Origin: an uncultured Gemmatimonadales bacterium
Lineage (GTDB): Bacteria; Gemmatimonadota; Gemmatimonadetes; Longimicrobiales; RSA9
Length of the DNA stretch: 64,000 nt
Assembly: GCA_963816355.1 (NCBI GenBank)
Contig: CAWFKH010000003.1
Coordinates: 672,001 to 736,000, forward strand
Direction: 5' to 3'
Shown here: one piece after another, positions 34,128 to 43,043 of the stretch
Layout of the letters: each line of letters opens with the position of its first letter
Numbering within the stretch: the first letter of the stretch is position 1
The notes under the pieces: generated by a model
The model's input: only the letters and a program-made list of their open reading frames with translations
Databases searched by the model: none
Told to the model about the DNA's origin: nothing
Program-made: the position numbers and the translations under genes

Positions 34128-35894
34128 ATGTCGCTGAGAACCCGAGTCCTCATCCTCTTCCTCACCCTGGCGGTGGCGCCGCTCGTGGTGGTCGCCGCCT
34201 TCGACTACTTCCAGTCGGTGCAGGCGCTCTCGGGCCTCGTCCAGGCGCAGAACGCGAACGTCGCCGGCCTCGCCGGGCGCGAGTTGGAGCGGCAGCTCGC
34301 GCGTCGTCAGGACGACCTCGGCATCCTCGCCGACAACCTCGCCACGCCCCAGGCGCTCTCGAGCGCCACCGCCGAACCCGCGTGGGAGCGCGTCGCCGGC
34401 GTCTTCTCCTCCTGGCTGCTCGACGCCGAGCTGCGCGACCGCGACGGCCGCCTCGCCGCGCGCTACGCGAACCGCTCGCCGCGTCCGGTGAGCGGCGCCT
34501 GCTCGGCGGAGCAGGAGAGCGTGCCGCTCACGCACGCGGTCCTGAACGTGCGCGGCGACACCATCGGAACGATCCTCGCGCACGCGCGGCCGGACGAGAT
34601 CTTCCCGGTGGACGCGCTCGCCGCGCGCGTCGGCGCTGCGGGCGTCGTCGCGGTCGTCGACCGCGCCACCGGCCACGTGCTCTACCAGGCGCGCTGCGAC
34701 GTGTCCGCCCGCACCGTCGCCGCGCTCGCGTTCGACCCGGCGCGGCCGGACGCGGGCGCGATCGACCTGACGCGCGCCGGCAGCCACGCCGACGGCCCCG
34801 CGGGTCGCGTCGCCGCCGTCGTCCCGCTCGACGCCCCGGCGTGGTCCGTCGTCTCGATCGCGGATCTCGGCGAGTTCGTGCTGCCGTTCCGCCGTTCGCG
34901 CGCCGTCTTCGTGCTGCTCGTGCTCTTCGTCGCGGGCGCCACCGCCGTCGCGTTCTGGCTCCTCCTCGGCCGCATCACGCGTTCGCTCAACGACCTCGCC
35001 GAGGCCGCCGACGAGGTCGGGCGCGGCAACCTGACGCCGCCGCTGCCGCCGCCCGCGGCCGACGAGGTGGGCCGCCTCGCCTTCGCCTTCGGCCTCATGA
35101 CCGACAAGGTGCAGGAGACGCTGCGCCAGATCGAGTCGACCCGGCAGCTCGCGACCATGGGCGAGTTCGCCGCCAAGGTGTCGCACGAGATCCGCAATCC
35201 GCTCAGCTCGATCCGCCTCAACCTGCAGGGGATCGAGCGCGAGGTGCGGAAGGGAAGGGTGCCGCGCGACCTCGAGGAGCCGGTCTCCACCTGCCTGCGC
35301 GAGATCGACCGCCTCGACCAGGTCGTGCGCGGCATCCTCTCGCTCGCGCGCGAGCAGCCGCTGCGTCGCCGTCCGTGCTCCGTCCACGCCCTGATCGAGG
35401 ACGCCGCCGGTCTCCTCGATCCGCAGCTCCGCGGCCAGTCGATCGCGCTCGCGTGCGGCCTCCACGCCGGCCGCGACACCGTCGTGGGCGACGAGACGCA
35501 GCTCCGCGCCACCGTCCTCAACCTCGTCCTCAACGCCGCCGACGTCATGCCGGACGGCGGCACGATCCGCCTCCACACCGACAACGGCGAGGGCGGCTCC
35601 GACACGGGCGTCGTGCGGATCCACATCGCGGACGAGGGGCCGGGCGTCGCGAGCGACATGCGCGAGGAGATCTTCCGGCCCTTCATGACGACGAAATCGA
35701 GCGGCACCGGCCTCGGGCTGCCGATCGCGCGCCGCACCGCCGAGCGCCACGGCGGCGCGCTCTACCTGGCGCCGCGCTCGCCGCTCGAGCGTGGCGCCGA
35801 GTTCGTGCTCGTCCTCCCCGCCGCCGAGATCGACGCGGACGGCGCCGTCGACGCGACGTCGCCCGCGTCCAACACCGAGCTGGTCCGCCTATGA
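34128..35894 (+). CDS. Membrane sensor histidine kinase (periplasmic sensor, HAMP, HisKA, HATPase)
   Basis: Two TM helices, DEVGRLA, SHEIRNPL, NLVLNAAD, DEGPG and GTGLGL. Confidence 0.95.
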   Translation: MSLRTRVLILFLTLAVAPLVVVAAFDYFQSVQALSGLVQAQNANVAGLAGRELERQLARRQDDLGILADNLATPQALSSATAEPAWERVAGVFSSWLLDAELRDRDGRLAARYANRSPRPVSGACSAEQESVPLTHAVLNVRGDTIGTILAHARPDEIFPVDALAARVGAAGVVAVVDRATGHVLYQARCDVSARTVAALAFDPARPDAGAIDLTRAGSHADGPAGRVAAVVPLDAPAWSVVSIADLGEFVLPFRRSRAVFVLLVLFVAGATAVAFWLLLGRITRSLNDLAEAADEVGRGNLTPPLPPPAADEVGRLAFAFGLMTDKVQETLRQIESTRQLATMGEFAAKVSHEIRNPLSSIRLNLQGIEREVRKGRVPRDLEEPVSTCLREIDRLDQVVRGILSLAREQPLRRRPCSVHALIEDAAGLLDPQLRGQSIALACGLHAGRDTVVGDETQLRATVLNLVLNAADVMPDGGTIRLHTDNGEGGSDTGVVRIHIADEGPGVASDMREEIFRPFMTTKSSGTGLGLPIARRTAERHGGALYLAPRSPLERGAEFVLVLPAAEIDADGAVDATSPASNTELVRL

Positions 35895-37240
35895 GCCGAC
35901 GCATCCTGATCGTCGACGACGACGAATCGCACCGCAAGACGCTGCAGCGCTTCCTCTCCGCGGACGACTGCGAGGCGATGGCGGTCGAGAGCGCCGAGAA
36001 GGCGTTCGGCGTCATCACCTCCTTCGACCCGCACATGGTCATCACCGACATCAAGATGCCGGGGATGAGCGGCTTCGACCTGCTGCACCGGCTGCGCGAG
36101 GTCCAGGACGACCGCGACGTCGTCATGGTCACCGCCTTCGAGGACATGCGTACCGCCATCGAGGCGATGAAGGAGGGCGCCTACGACTTCCTCGTGAAGC
36201 CGCTCGACCTCGACCAGCTCGAGGCGGTCGTCGAGCGCTGCTTCAAGGACCGCTCCTATCGCCGCAGGGCCAAGCAGCTCTCCGAGGAGGCCGCCGAAGG
36301 CGCCACCCTCGACACGCTCGTGGGCCGCGATCCCCGCATGATCTCCATCTACAAGCTGATCGGGCGCGTCTCGCAGACCCACACTCCCGTCCTCATCCGC
36401 GGCGAGACCGGCACCGGCAAGGAAGTCATCGCGCGCGCCATCCACTTCAACTCGCCGCGCGCCGAGGAGCCCTTCATCCCCGTCAACTGCACCGCGCTCC
36501 CCGAGACCCTCCTCGAGTCCGAGCTCTTCGGCCATGTCCGCGGCGCTTTCACCGGCGCCGTCGCCGAGCGCAAGGGACGCTTCGAGCTCGCCGGCTCCGG
36601 CACCATCTTCCTCGACGAGATCGGCGACACCAGCCCCACCTTCCAGGCCGAGCTGCTGCGCGTGCTCCAGGAGGGCGAGTTCCAGCCCGTCGGCGCCGAG
36701 CGCGTCCGCCACACCGACGCCCGCGTCGTCGCCGCCACGCACCGCAACGTCGAGGAGATGGTCAAGTCCGGCGACTTCCGCGAGGACCTCTACTTCCGAC
36801 TCCGCGTCGTCGAGATCGCCGTGCCCCCGCTGCGCGAGCGCCGCGCCGACATCCCGCTCCTCGCCCAGTACATCGTCAACAAGGTCGCCAAGCGCCTCCA
36901 CAAGCACGTCTTCGTCATCCCCGACCCCGTCATGGCCGAGCTGCTCGCCTACGACTGGCCCGGCAACGTCCGCGAGCTCGAGAACGCCATCACGCGCGCC
37001 ATCGTCCTCGCCCAGGGGCCCGCCGTCTCCGCCGACGACCTCGCCCTCGGCAGCGTCGCCGCCTCCGCTCCGCGCCTCGACGAGCTCGACGACGCCACCC
37101 TCGACACCGTCGAGGGCGCCCACGTCCAGCGCGTCCTCGCCCGCACCGGCGGCAACAAGACGAAGGCCGCCGAGATCCTCGGCATATCGCGCCCGCGCCT
37201 CGACCGCATCATCGAGCGCCACGAGCTCTTCGTTCCTTGA
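35891..37240 (+). CDS. NtrC/AtoC-family sigma54-dependent response regulator
   Basis: REC domain (VDDD, TDIKMP, KP), GETGTGKE, GAFTGA, FLDEIG, WPGNVREL and a Fis-type HTH. Confidence 0.95.
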   Translation: MSRRILIVDDDESHRKTLQRFLSADDCEAMAVESAEKAFGVITSFDPHMVITDIKMPGMSGFDLLHRLREVQDDRDVVMVTAFEDMRTAIEAMKEGAYDFLVKPLDLDQLEAVVERCFKDRSYRRRAKQLSEEAAEGATLDTLVGRDPRMISIYKLIGRVSQTHTPVLIRGETGTGKEVIARAIHFNSPRAEEPFIPVNCTALPETLLESELFGHVRGAFTGAVAERKGRFELAGSGTIFLDEIGDTSPTFQAELLRVLQEGEFQPVGAERVRHTDARVVAATHRNVEEMVKSGDFREDLYFRLRVVEIAVPPLRERRADIPLLAQYIVNKVAKRLHKHVFVIPDPVMAELLAYDWPGNVRELENAITRAIVLAQGPAVSADDLALGSVAASAPRLDELDDATLDTVEGAHVQRVLARTGGNKTKAAEILGISRPRLDRIIERHELFVP

Positions 37241-38919
37241 GCGGGGGCAGCGACGGCGGCCGCGGCCGGCGCAACGTCGCGCCGTCGATCGTCGACCTCT
37301 TCTTCGTCGCGCTCGCCCTCGCCATCCCGCTGCGCTGGAACTACCCGCTCCTCAACGCCGACGGCGACCTCGCCATCCACATCCGCATGGGCGAGACGAT
37401 CCTGCGCGACCACGCGATCCCCTTCGTCGATCGCTTCTCCTTCACCATGGCCGGCCAGCCGCTCATCCCGACCGCCTGGCTCAGCGAGGTCCTCTACGCC
37501 CTCGTGAACCGCGCCGCCGGCCTGCCCGGCGTCACCGTCTTCACCGGCCTCGTCATCGCCCTCACCTACGCCCTCGTCGTCGCCTTCCTGCGACGCCGCC
37601 GCGTCGACGGCCGCCTCGTCGTCATCGCCGGCCTCTTCAGCGTCCTCCTCGGCGCCATCCACTGGCTGCCGCGGCCCCACATCTTCACCATCCTCGGCTC
37701 TGCCGTCCTGATCCAGCTCCTCGAGCGCGAGCGCCAGACGCTCTGGCCCTACGCGCTCCTCTTCCTCCTCTGGTCCAACCTGCACGGCGGCTTCGTCTAC
37801 GGCCTCGTCGTCCTCGGCGGCTTCCTCGCCGGCGACGTCGCCGAGTGGTGGATGAGCCCGCAGAGGAATGGCGATACGGCGGCCGCCGCGGGACGCGGCG
37901 CGGACGTGGCCGAAGGCGGCGCGGACGTGGCCGATGGCGGCGCGGACGTGGCCGGGGGCGGCGCGGACCTGGCGCCGCCGGCGGGGCGTGCGTGGTGGAA
38001 GCGGCGCGCGCGCCGTCACGCGCTGGCGCTCGCAGTCGGCGTCGTCGCGTCGCTGGCCAACCCGGGCGGCGTGCTGCTGCTCAGGCAGATCGCTGGATCG
38101 CTCGGCAGCAGCCACATGGTCGACACGACCGTCGAGTACCGCTCGCCGAACTTCCACCTCTTCGGACCGCAGACGTTCCTCGCGGTCGTGCTGCTGCTGG
38201 TCGTCGTGCTCGCGCGCGGCCGCCGGCGCATGCCGTACCCGTGGCTCGCCACCCTCCTGCTCAACCTCTTCTTCGCGCTCTTCTCCGTGCGCAACATCCC
38301 GCTTTTCGGCGTGACCGCGCTGCCGCTCCTCACGCTGCACGCCGCGCGCGTCTTTCCGCGCCGCTCGCGGAAGTACCGCTTCGGCGACGACTTCGTCGCC
38401 ATCGAGCGCCGCTCCATCGTCGGCGTCTGGAGCGTGCCGACGCTCGCCGCCGTCCTCGCGCTCGCGCTCAACCACGGCCGCGTCGCCGGCGCGCAGCTGA
38501 TCCCCACCTCCTTCCACAAGGCCCACTTCCCGATCGAGGCGGTCGAGGCCGGGCGGGCCGCCCGCCTGGACGGCCGCATGTTCACGGAGTTCATCTGGGC
38601 CGGCTACGTCATCTACGCCTGGCCGGAGCAGCGCGTCTTCGCCTCCAGCCAGAAGTACACGGACCCCATCTCGGCCGACTACCTGAAGATCTACTACCTC
38701 GAGCCCGGCTGGCGCGCCGCCCTCGACCGCTGGCGCATCCAGATCCTCATGTTGCCCCGCCTCTCGCCCCTCGCCAATGAGGTCGGCCGCGAGAGCGGCT
38801 GGACCGTCTGGCACTGCGATCCCACCGCCATCGTCTACACCCGCGTCGGATACCGCCCACCACCCGCCCCACCGGTCACGTGTCCCGAGGTCGATCCGAA
38901 GCTTCGCGGCAAGGGATAG
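37237..38919 (+). CDS. Multi-pass membrane protein, putative GT-C glycosyltransferase (group E)
   Basis: DGDLAIHIRMG, DRFSFT, WLSEV, RPHIFT and WSNLHGGF; TTG start overlaps the regulator stop; internal GADVA repeat. Confidence 0.6.
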   Translation: MSGGSDGGRGRRNVAPSIVDLFFVALALAIPLRWNYPLLNADGDLAIHIRMGETILRDHAIPFVDRFSFTMAGQPLIPTAWLSEVLYALVNRAAGLPGVTVFTGLVIALTYALVVAFLRRRRVDGRLVVIAGLFSVLLGAIHWLPRPHIFTILGSAVLIQLLERERQTLWPYALLFLLWSNLHGGFVYGLVVLGGFLAGDVAEWWMSPQRNGDTAAAAGRGADVAEGGADVADGGADVAGGGADLAPPAGRAWWKRRARRHALALAVGVVASLANPGGVLLLRQIAGSLGSSHMVDTTVEYRSPNFHLFGPQTFLAVVLLLVVVLARGRRRMPYPWLATLLLNLFFALFSVRNIPLFGVTALPLLTLHAARVFPRRSRKYRFGDDFVAIERRSIVGVWSVPTLAAVLALALNHGRVAGAQLIPTSFHKAHFPIEAVEAGRAARLDGRMFTEFIWAGYVIYAWPEQRVFASSQKYTDPISADYLKIYYLEPGWRAALDRWRIQILMLPRLSPLANEVGRESGWTVWHCDPTAIVYTRVGYRPPPAPPVTCPEVDPKLRGKG

Positions 38920-38958
38920 CGCGCGCGCCCTCCCCACCCTCTCCGCGTCCTCCCGCCC

Positions 38959-39090
38959 GCAACGAATCGTTGTGGCACCCTGCGACATTATGTTACGGCG
39001 CGGGTCCGCATCCGCTCCCTCCGTTATCTACTAAACGTCGTGGCAGCAACGGTTTAAAGAACTTGCCCCACCCTGGCACGCGTATTGTCC
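38959..39090 (+). promoter_or_regulatory. Sigma54-type promoter of flp with upstream palindromic boxes and IHF-like site
   Basis: GCAACGAATCGTTGT (38959), GCGACATTATGTTAC (38982), CAAcggtTTA (39047) and TGGCACG-cgta-TTGTCC (39074). Confidence 0.7.
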
Positions 39091-39098
39091 ATGTACCG

Positions 39099-39347
39099 GG
39101 CCGCAGTCAGCGATCATCCGATCGCACCTCGGCAGCATCGAGGGTCCCTCGGGCGCACCGAAATCGACGGGGTCGGGGATAACCCCGCAGTGATGGAGCT
39201 GACGGCCGTCTCCCGAACCGGGGAGGGGAGCGAGCCGATCGAAGACGGTGCGCCGAGGGAGGCTGTCTGGGAGGAGACCGGGGCGAAGGCGCCCCGCCGC
39301 AGCCTGCCCGAAGCCGGAGGCTGTGAACGCGCAACGCGGCAGCGGCC
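39099..39347 (+). other. Highly structured 5' leader of flp mRNA, candidate cis-regulatory RNA
   Basis: Nested inverted repeats cover most of the leader. Confidence 0.4.
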
Positions 39348-39367
39348 GCAAACCACAAGGAGTCCTT

Positions 39368-39559
39368 ATGGTGGAGTACATGAACCGGCTGATCAGCAAG
39401 CTGGGCGAGGACGAGGCCGGTCAGGGCCTGGTCGAGTACGCGCTGATCCTGGTGCTCATCGCGATCGTGGTGATCGCGGCCCTCACCTTCCTGGGTGGGC
39501 AGGTCAGCACCGTGTTCAGCAACATCGCGAATTCGCTCAACGCGGCGAACGCGAGCTGA
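39368..39559 (+). CDS. flp: Flp/Fap type IVc pilin
   Basis: AAGGAG ribosome-binding site; EDEAG|QGLVEYALIL prepilin motif; 63 aa. Confidence 0.95.
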   Translation: MVEYMNRLISKLGEDEAGQGLVEYALILVLIAIVVIAALTFLGGQVSTVFSNIANSLNAANAS

Positions 39560-39560
39560 C

Positions 39561-39637
39561 GGAAGGGCAGGCAGGGGACGGATCCGCCGGCATCCGCGCC
39601 GTTCGACGGGTGCCGGCGGTCCGTTCCGCCCCCTTCG
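39561..39637 (+). terminator. Long GC hairpin after flp (attenuator or mRNA stabiliser; no U-tract)
   Basis: CCGCCGGCATCCG/CGGGTGCCGGCGG core extended by GAAGGG/CCCTTC. Confidence 0.5.
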
Positions 39638-39829
39638 TGTACCGCTGCGGGAAGGAAGGAATCAGATGCATTGCCCGCCAGCGGGAGTTGGATTAGACTA
39701 CAAGCTGATGTGTTCGCGCACGCATGTGCCGGGCACGCCAGCCAGAGGAAGTGCCCTCCACCGACTGCCCTCCCCCGGTCGTGGGTCGAAACACGTTGAC
39801 GCGACGCCCGACCGTACCGACTTGAAGAC

Positions 39830-40351
39830 GTGACCGAGACGATGGGAACCGTTCTGACACTGACCTTCGCGGTCGTGATGGGGCTGGCGGCGCTGTGGGA
39901 CGTGGCGACGCGCCGCATCCCGAACGCGCTCACGCTCGGCGGCCTCGGCATCGCGCTCGTGCTGCGCGCCGGCCTCGGCTGGGGTGCGCTCGGCGCCGGT
40001 GCGCTCGGTCTCGGTGTCGGGATCCTGGTGGGCCTGCCGCTCTTCGCGATCGGTGGGCTCGGCGGTGGAGACGCGAAGCTGCTCTTCGCCGCGGGCGCCT
40101 TCATGGGCCCCGCGAAGTTCCTGCCGTCGCTGCTGGCGGTGGCGTTCGTGGGCGGTGCGCTGGCGCTGCTCGTGATCTTACAGCGGGGCCTGCTGTTGCC
40201 CGCGCTCGCCAGTTCCGGCCGCGTGCTCGGCAACCTGCTCTCGTTCGGCCGGCGCGGAGAGCGTATCACCCTCGAAGATGCGCCAGCCCGGCTGACGATC
40301 CCGTACGGTGTGGCGATCGCGGCCGGCTGTCTCTGGGGATGGTTCGTATGA
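39830..40351 (+). CDS. cpaA: Prepilin peptidase A24 (CpaA/TadV)
   Basis: WDVATRRIPN, GGGDAKL and IPYGVAIA motifs. Confidence 0.92.
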   Translation: MTETMGTVLTLTFAVVMGLAALWDVATRRIPNALTLGGLGIALVLRAGLGWGALGAGALGLGVGILVGLPLFAIGGLGGGDAKLLFAAGAFMGPAKFLPSLLAVAFVGGALALLVILQRGLLLPALASSGRVLGNLLSFGRRGERITLEDAPARLTIPYGVAIAAGCLWGWFV

Positions 40352-40827
40352 GGGAACGCGAGAATCCGATCCGCGCCGCGCGCCGAGCCGCACGCGGCCG
40401 ACGTGCGTCCCGCTCCGATTCGGGGCAGGCGCTCGTCGAGTTCGCGCTCGTCGTGCCGCTGCTGCTCCTGCTGCTCGTGGGCATCTTCGAGTTCGCGCGG
40501 GCGTGGAACGTCTATCAGGTGGAGACGGATGCGGCCCGCGAGGCGGCCCGCAAGCTGGTGGTCACGCCGACGGCGGCGAGCGTGCTCACCACCGATTCGA
40601 TCGACGCGATCGTGAACACCGCCTTCCAGCGCGCCGGCGTGGTGCCGACCGGCGTGACGTGGAGCGCCGACAACTGCGTCCACACGAACATCTGCAGCCC
40701 GCAGGGCGAGGCGGGCGACAACACCACCGTCACGGTGACGTACCCCTACAGCTTCGTGGTCCTCACCAAGCTGATGGGTCTGCCCGCGGTGACGCTGAAG
40801 ACGACCTTCGTGATGCGAAACGAATAG
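40348..40827 (+). CDS. tadE: TadE-like pseudopilin
   Basis: SG|QALVEFALV and AAREAAR motifs. Confidence 0.9.
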   Translation: MRERENPIRAARRAARGRRASRSDSGQALVEFALVVPLLLLLLVGIFEFARAWNVYQVETDAAREAARKLVVTPTAASVLTTDSIDAIVNTAFQRAGVVPTGVTWSADNCVHTNICSPQGEAGDNTTVTVTYPYSFVVLTKLMGLPAVTLKTTFVMRNE

Positions 40828-40842
40828 AGCGACGGGTGTGAG

Positions 40843-41676
40843 ATGAGAAGAAGACGCTTGCTGATCGTGCTGCTCGTGGCCCTCACTGCCGGCCTCGCCG
40901 CGGCGTACCTGTCGCTCGACTACCTGCGCCAGCAGGCGACGCCGCTGATCGCCGCCACGCCGAAGACGCAGGCCGTCGTCGCCACGCGACCGCTCGCAGT
41001 GGGCCACCAGCTCACCGCCGAGGATGTCAAGGTGATCGACTGGCCCGGCGGCTCGCTGCCCGAAGGCTATTTCGGCTCCGTCGACGAGGTCGTCGGCCGC
41101 GGCGTCATCACGCCGGTCTCCATGAACGAGCCGCTCCTCGCCGGCAAGGTCGCCGACAAGGAGGCGGGCGGCGGCCTGCCGATCGTGATCCCCGAAGGGA
41201 TGCGCGCCGTGAGCGTGCGCGTCGACGAGGTGATCACCGTCGCGGGGTTCGTTGTCCCCCAGACGCGCGTCGACGTGATCGTCACGCTGCCGGAAGGCGA
41301 GGACCAGCGCACGCAGTTCGTGCAGAAACTGGAGAACGTAACCGTCCTCACCGCCGGTCAGATCATCCAGCGCTCGCCGGACGGCACGCCGCAGAAGGTC
41401 TCCGTCATGACGTTCCTGGTGTCGCCGCCGCAGGCGGAGCTGTTGATCATGGCGGCGAAGGTGGGCCAGATCCAGCTCGCGCTGCGCAACACGCTCGACA
41501 CCGATACCATCAGGACGGACGGCGCGCACAAGGGCTCCATTCTGGGGCCGGGTGGCGCGCCGCGGAACTCGGTGGCGCGCGCCCGTGCTGCGGCGCGGGC
41601 GCCCAGCGAGTCGGCCACATTGCCCGGGATCATCGAGGTCTACAAGGGTGGCACCAAGACACTCATCCGGCACTAA
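40843..41676 (+). CDS. cpaB: Flp pilus assembly protein CpaB/RcpC
   Basis: N-terminal TM, SAF domain, GMRAVSV, RVDVIV and LALRN. Confidence 0.92.
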   Translation: MRRRRLLIVLLVALTAGLAAAYLSLDYLRQQATPLIAATPKTQAVVATRPLAVGHQLTAEDVKVIDWPGGSLPEGYFGSVDEVVGRGVITPVSMNEPLLAGKVADKEAGGGLPIVIPEGMRAVSVRVDEVITVAGFVVPQTRVDVIVTLPEGEDQRTQFVQKLENVTVLTAGQIIQRSPDGTPQKVSVMTFLVSPPQAELLIMAAKVGQIQLALRNTLDTDTIRTDGAHKGSILGPGGAPRNSVARARAAARAPSESATLPGIIEVYKGGTKTLIRH

Positions 41677-41691
41677 CCAGGGGCAAATTCA

Positions 41692-43032
41692 ATGCGGCTT
41701 GCATTCGGCGTGACGACGCGCGGGCGACGGGGTGGGCTCACGGGGGCACTGGCGATGCTGCTCGCCCTGGCGGCACTCGCCCCCCATGGCGCGCAGGCGC
41801 AGCGTGTGCTCACCCAGGCCCAGCAGGTGATCACCATCGCCAAGGGGAAGTCGGCGCTCATCCGGCTCGACCGGCCGATCGCCCGGGTCTCCGTAGGCGA
41901 TCCGGCGGTGGCGGACCCCAACGTGCTCTCGAGCGGCCAGGAGCTGCTCGTCAACGGCGCGGGGCTCGGCACCACCACCCTGATCCTGTGGGACCAGCAG
42001 AACACCCCCACGATCTACACCGTCGAGGTGACCGCTGACGCCCAGGCGCTGGAGCGACAGCTCGAATCGCTCTTCCCGCAGACCAACTTCGAGGTCACGG
42101 CGACCGGCAACAACATCATCCTCTCCGGCACCGTGAACGACGCCACCATCGTGCGGCGCGCCACGGAGATCGCGGAGTCGACCGGCGCCAAGGTGATCAA
42201 CAACCTGCAGGCGCCCTCCGCGGAGCAGATCCTGCTCCAGGTGCGCTTCGCCGAGGTCAACCGTACGGCACTCGAGAACCTGGGCACCCAGCTCGCCGTG
42301 CTGAACCCGCAGAACCTGGACGACGCGGCCAAGAACGGCGACAAGGAGATCGAGACCGTCTCCGACGGCCTCGTCCGCCTCTTCCTGCTCGGCGACAACG
42401 CCAGCTTCTCCGCCTTCATCCGCGCCGCCAAGTCGACCGGCGACTTCAAGAGCCTGGCGGAGCCGAACCTGCTCGCGCTCGAAGGCAAGGAGGCCTCCTT
42501 CCTCGCCGGCGGCGAGTTCCCCTATCCCGCCGTGCAGTCGGTGGGTGGCGGGGGCGCGCAGACCAACGCCATCAGCATCCAGTTCCGCGAGTTCGGCGTG
42601 AAGCTGAAGTTCACGCCGTACGTGACCAACGCGGGCAGCATCCGGCTGCACGTCGCGCCCGAGGTCTCCTCGCTCGACTTCGCCAACGGCGTCAGCGTCT
42701 CCGGCTTCCAGATCCCGAGCATCCTGACCCGCAAGGCGGAGACGGAGGTCGAGCTGAAGCCGGGTCAGCACCTGGCGATCGCCGGCTTGCTCGACAACGA
42801 GACGCTCAACAACATCGACAAGATCCCGGTGCTCGGCGACATCCCGATCCTGGGCGCGCTCTTCCGCTCGAAGAGCCTGCGCCAGCGTCGCACCGAGCTC
42901 CTCGTGCTCATCACGCCCCGCCTGGTCAAGGCGTCCGACGTCGCGCCGAAGCTGCCCACCGGGGAGCCGAGCACGTGGGGCCTCGACAAGTCGCTCACGG
43001 CGCCGCCCGACACCTCGGGCGCGCGGAGGTAG
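41692..43032 (+). CDS. cpaC: Tad secretin CpaC/RcpA
   Basis: Signal peptide, VRFAEV, LAEPNL, FLAGGEFP and IPVLGDIPILGALFRS. Confidence 0.93.
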   Translation: MRLAFGVTTRGRRGGLTGALAMLLALAALAPHGAQAQRVLTQAQQVITIAKGKSALIRLDRPIARVSVGDPAVADPNVLSSGQELLVNGAGLGTTTLILWDQQNTPTIYTVEVTADAQALERQLESLFPQTNFEVTATGNNIILSGTVNDATIVRRATEIAESTGAKVINNLQAPSAEQILLQVRFAEVNRTALENLGTQLAVLNPQNLDDAAKNGDKEIETVSDGLVRLFLLGDNASFSAFIRAAKSTGDFKSLAEPNLLALEGKEASFLAGGEFPYPAVQSVGGGGAQTNAISIQFREFGVKLKFTPYVTNAGSIRLHVAPEVSSLDFANGVSVSGFQIPSILTRKAETEVELKPGQHLAIAGLLDNETLNNIDKIPVLGDIPILGALFRSKSLRQRRTELLVLITPRLVKASDVAPKLPTGEPSTWGLDKSLTAPPDTSGARR

Positions 43033-43043
43033 GAAGGAGCCAC

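Noticed and set aside
33989..38919. Fusion proteins implied by the 1083-aa and 1042-aa ORFs (likewise the 1091-aa and 1313-aa ORFs at 16853 and 18139)
   Set aside because: These are open-frame extensions upstream of real starts that overlap the previous stop codon.
39190..39222. c-di-AMP (ydaO) or c-di-GMP-II riboswitch suggested by AGCTGACGG and TGATGGAGCTGA
   Set aside because: Only short fragments match, the ydaO-like one is in the wrong orientation, and other conserved elements are absent.
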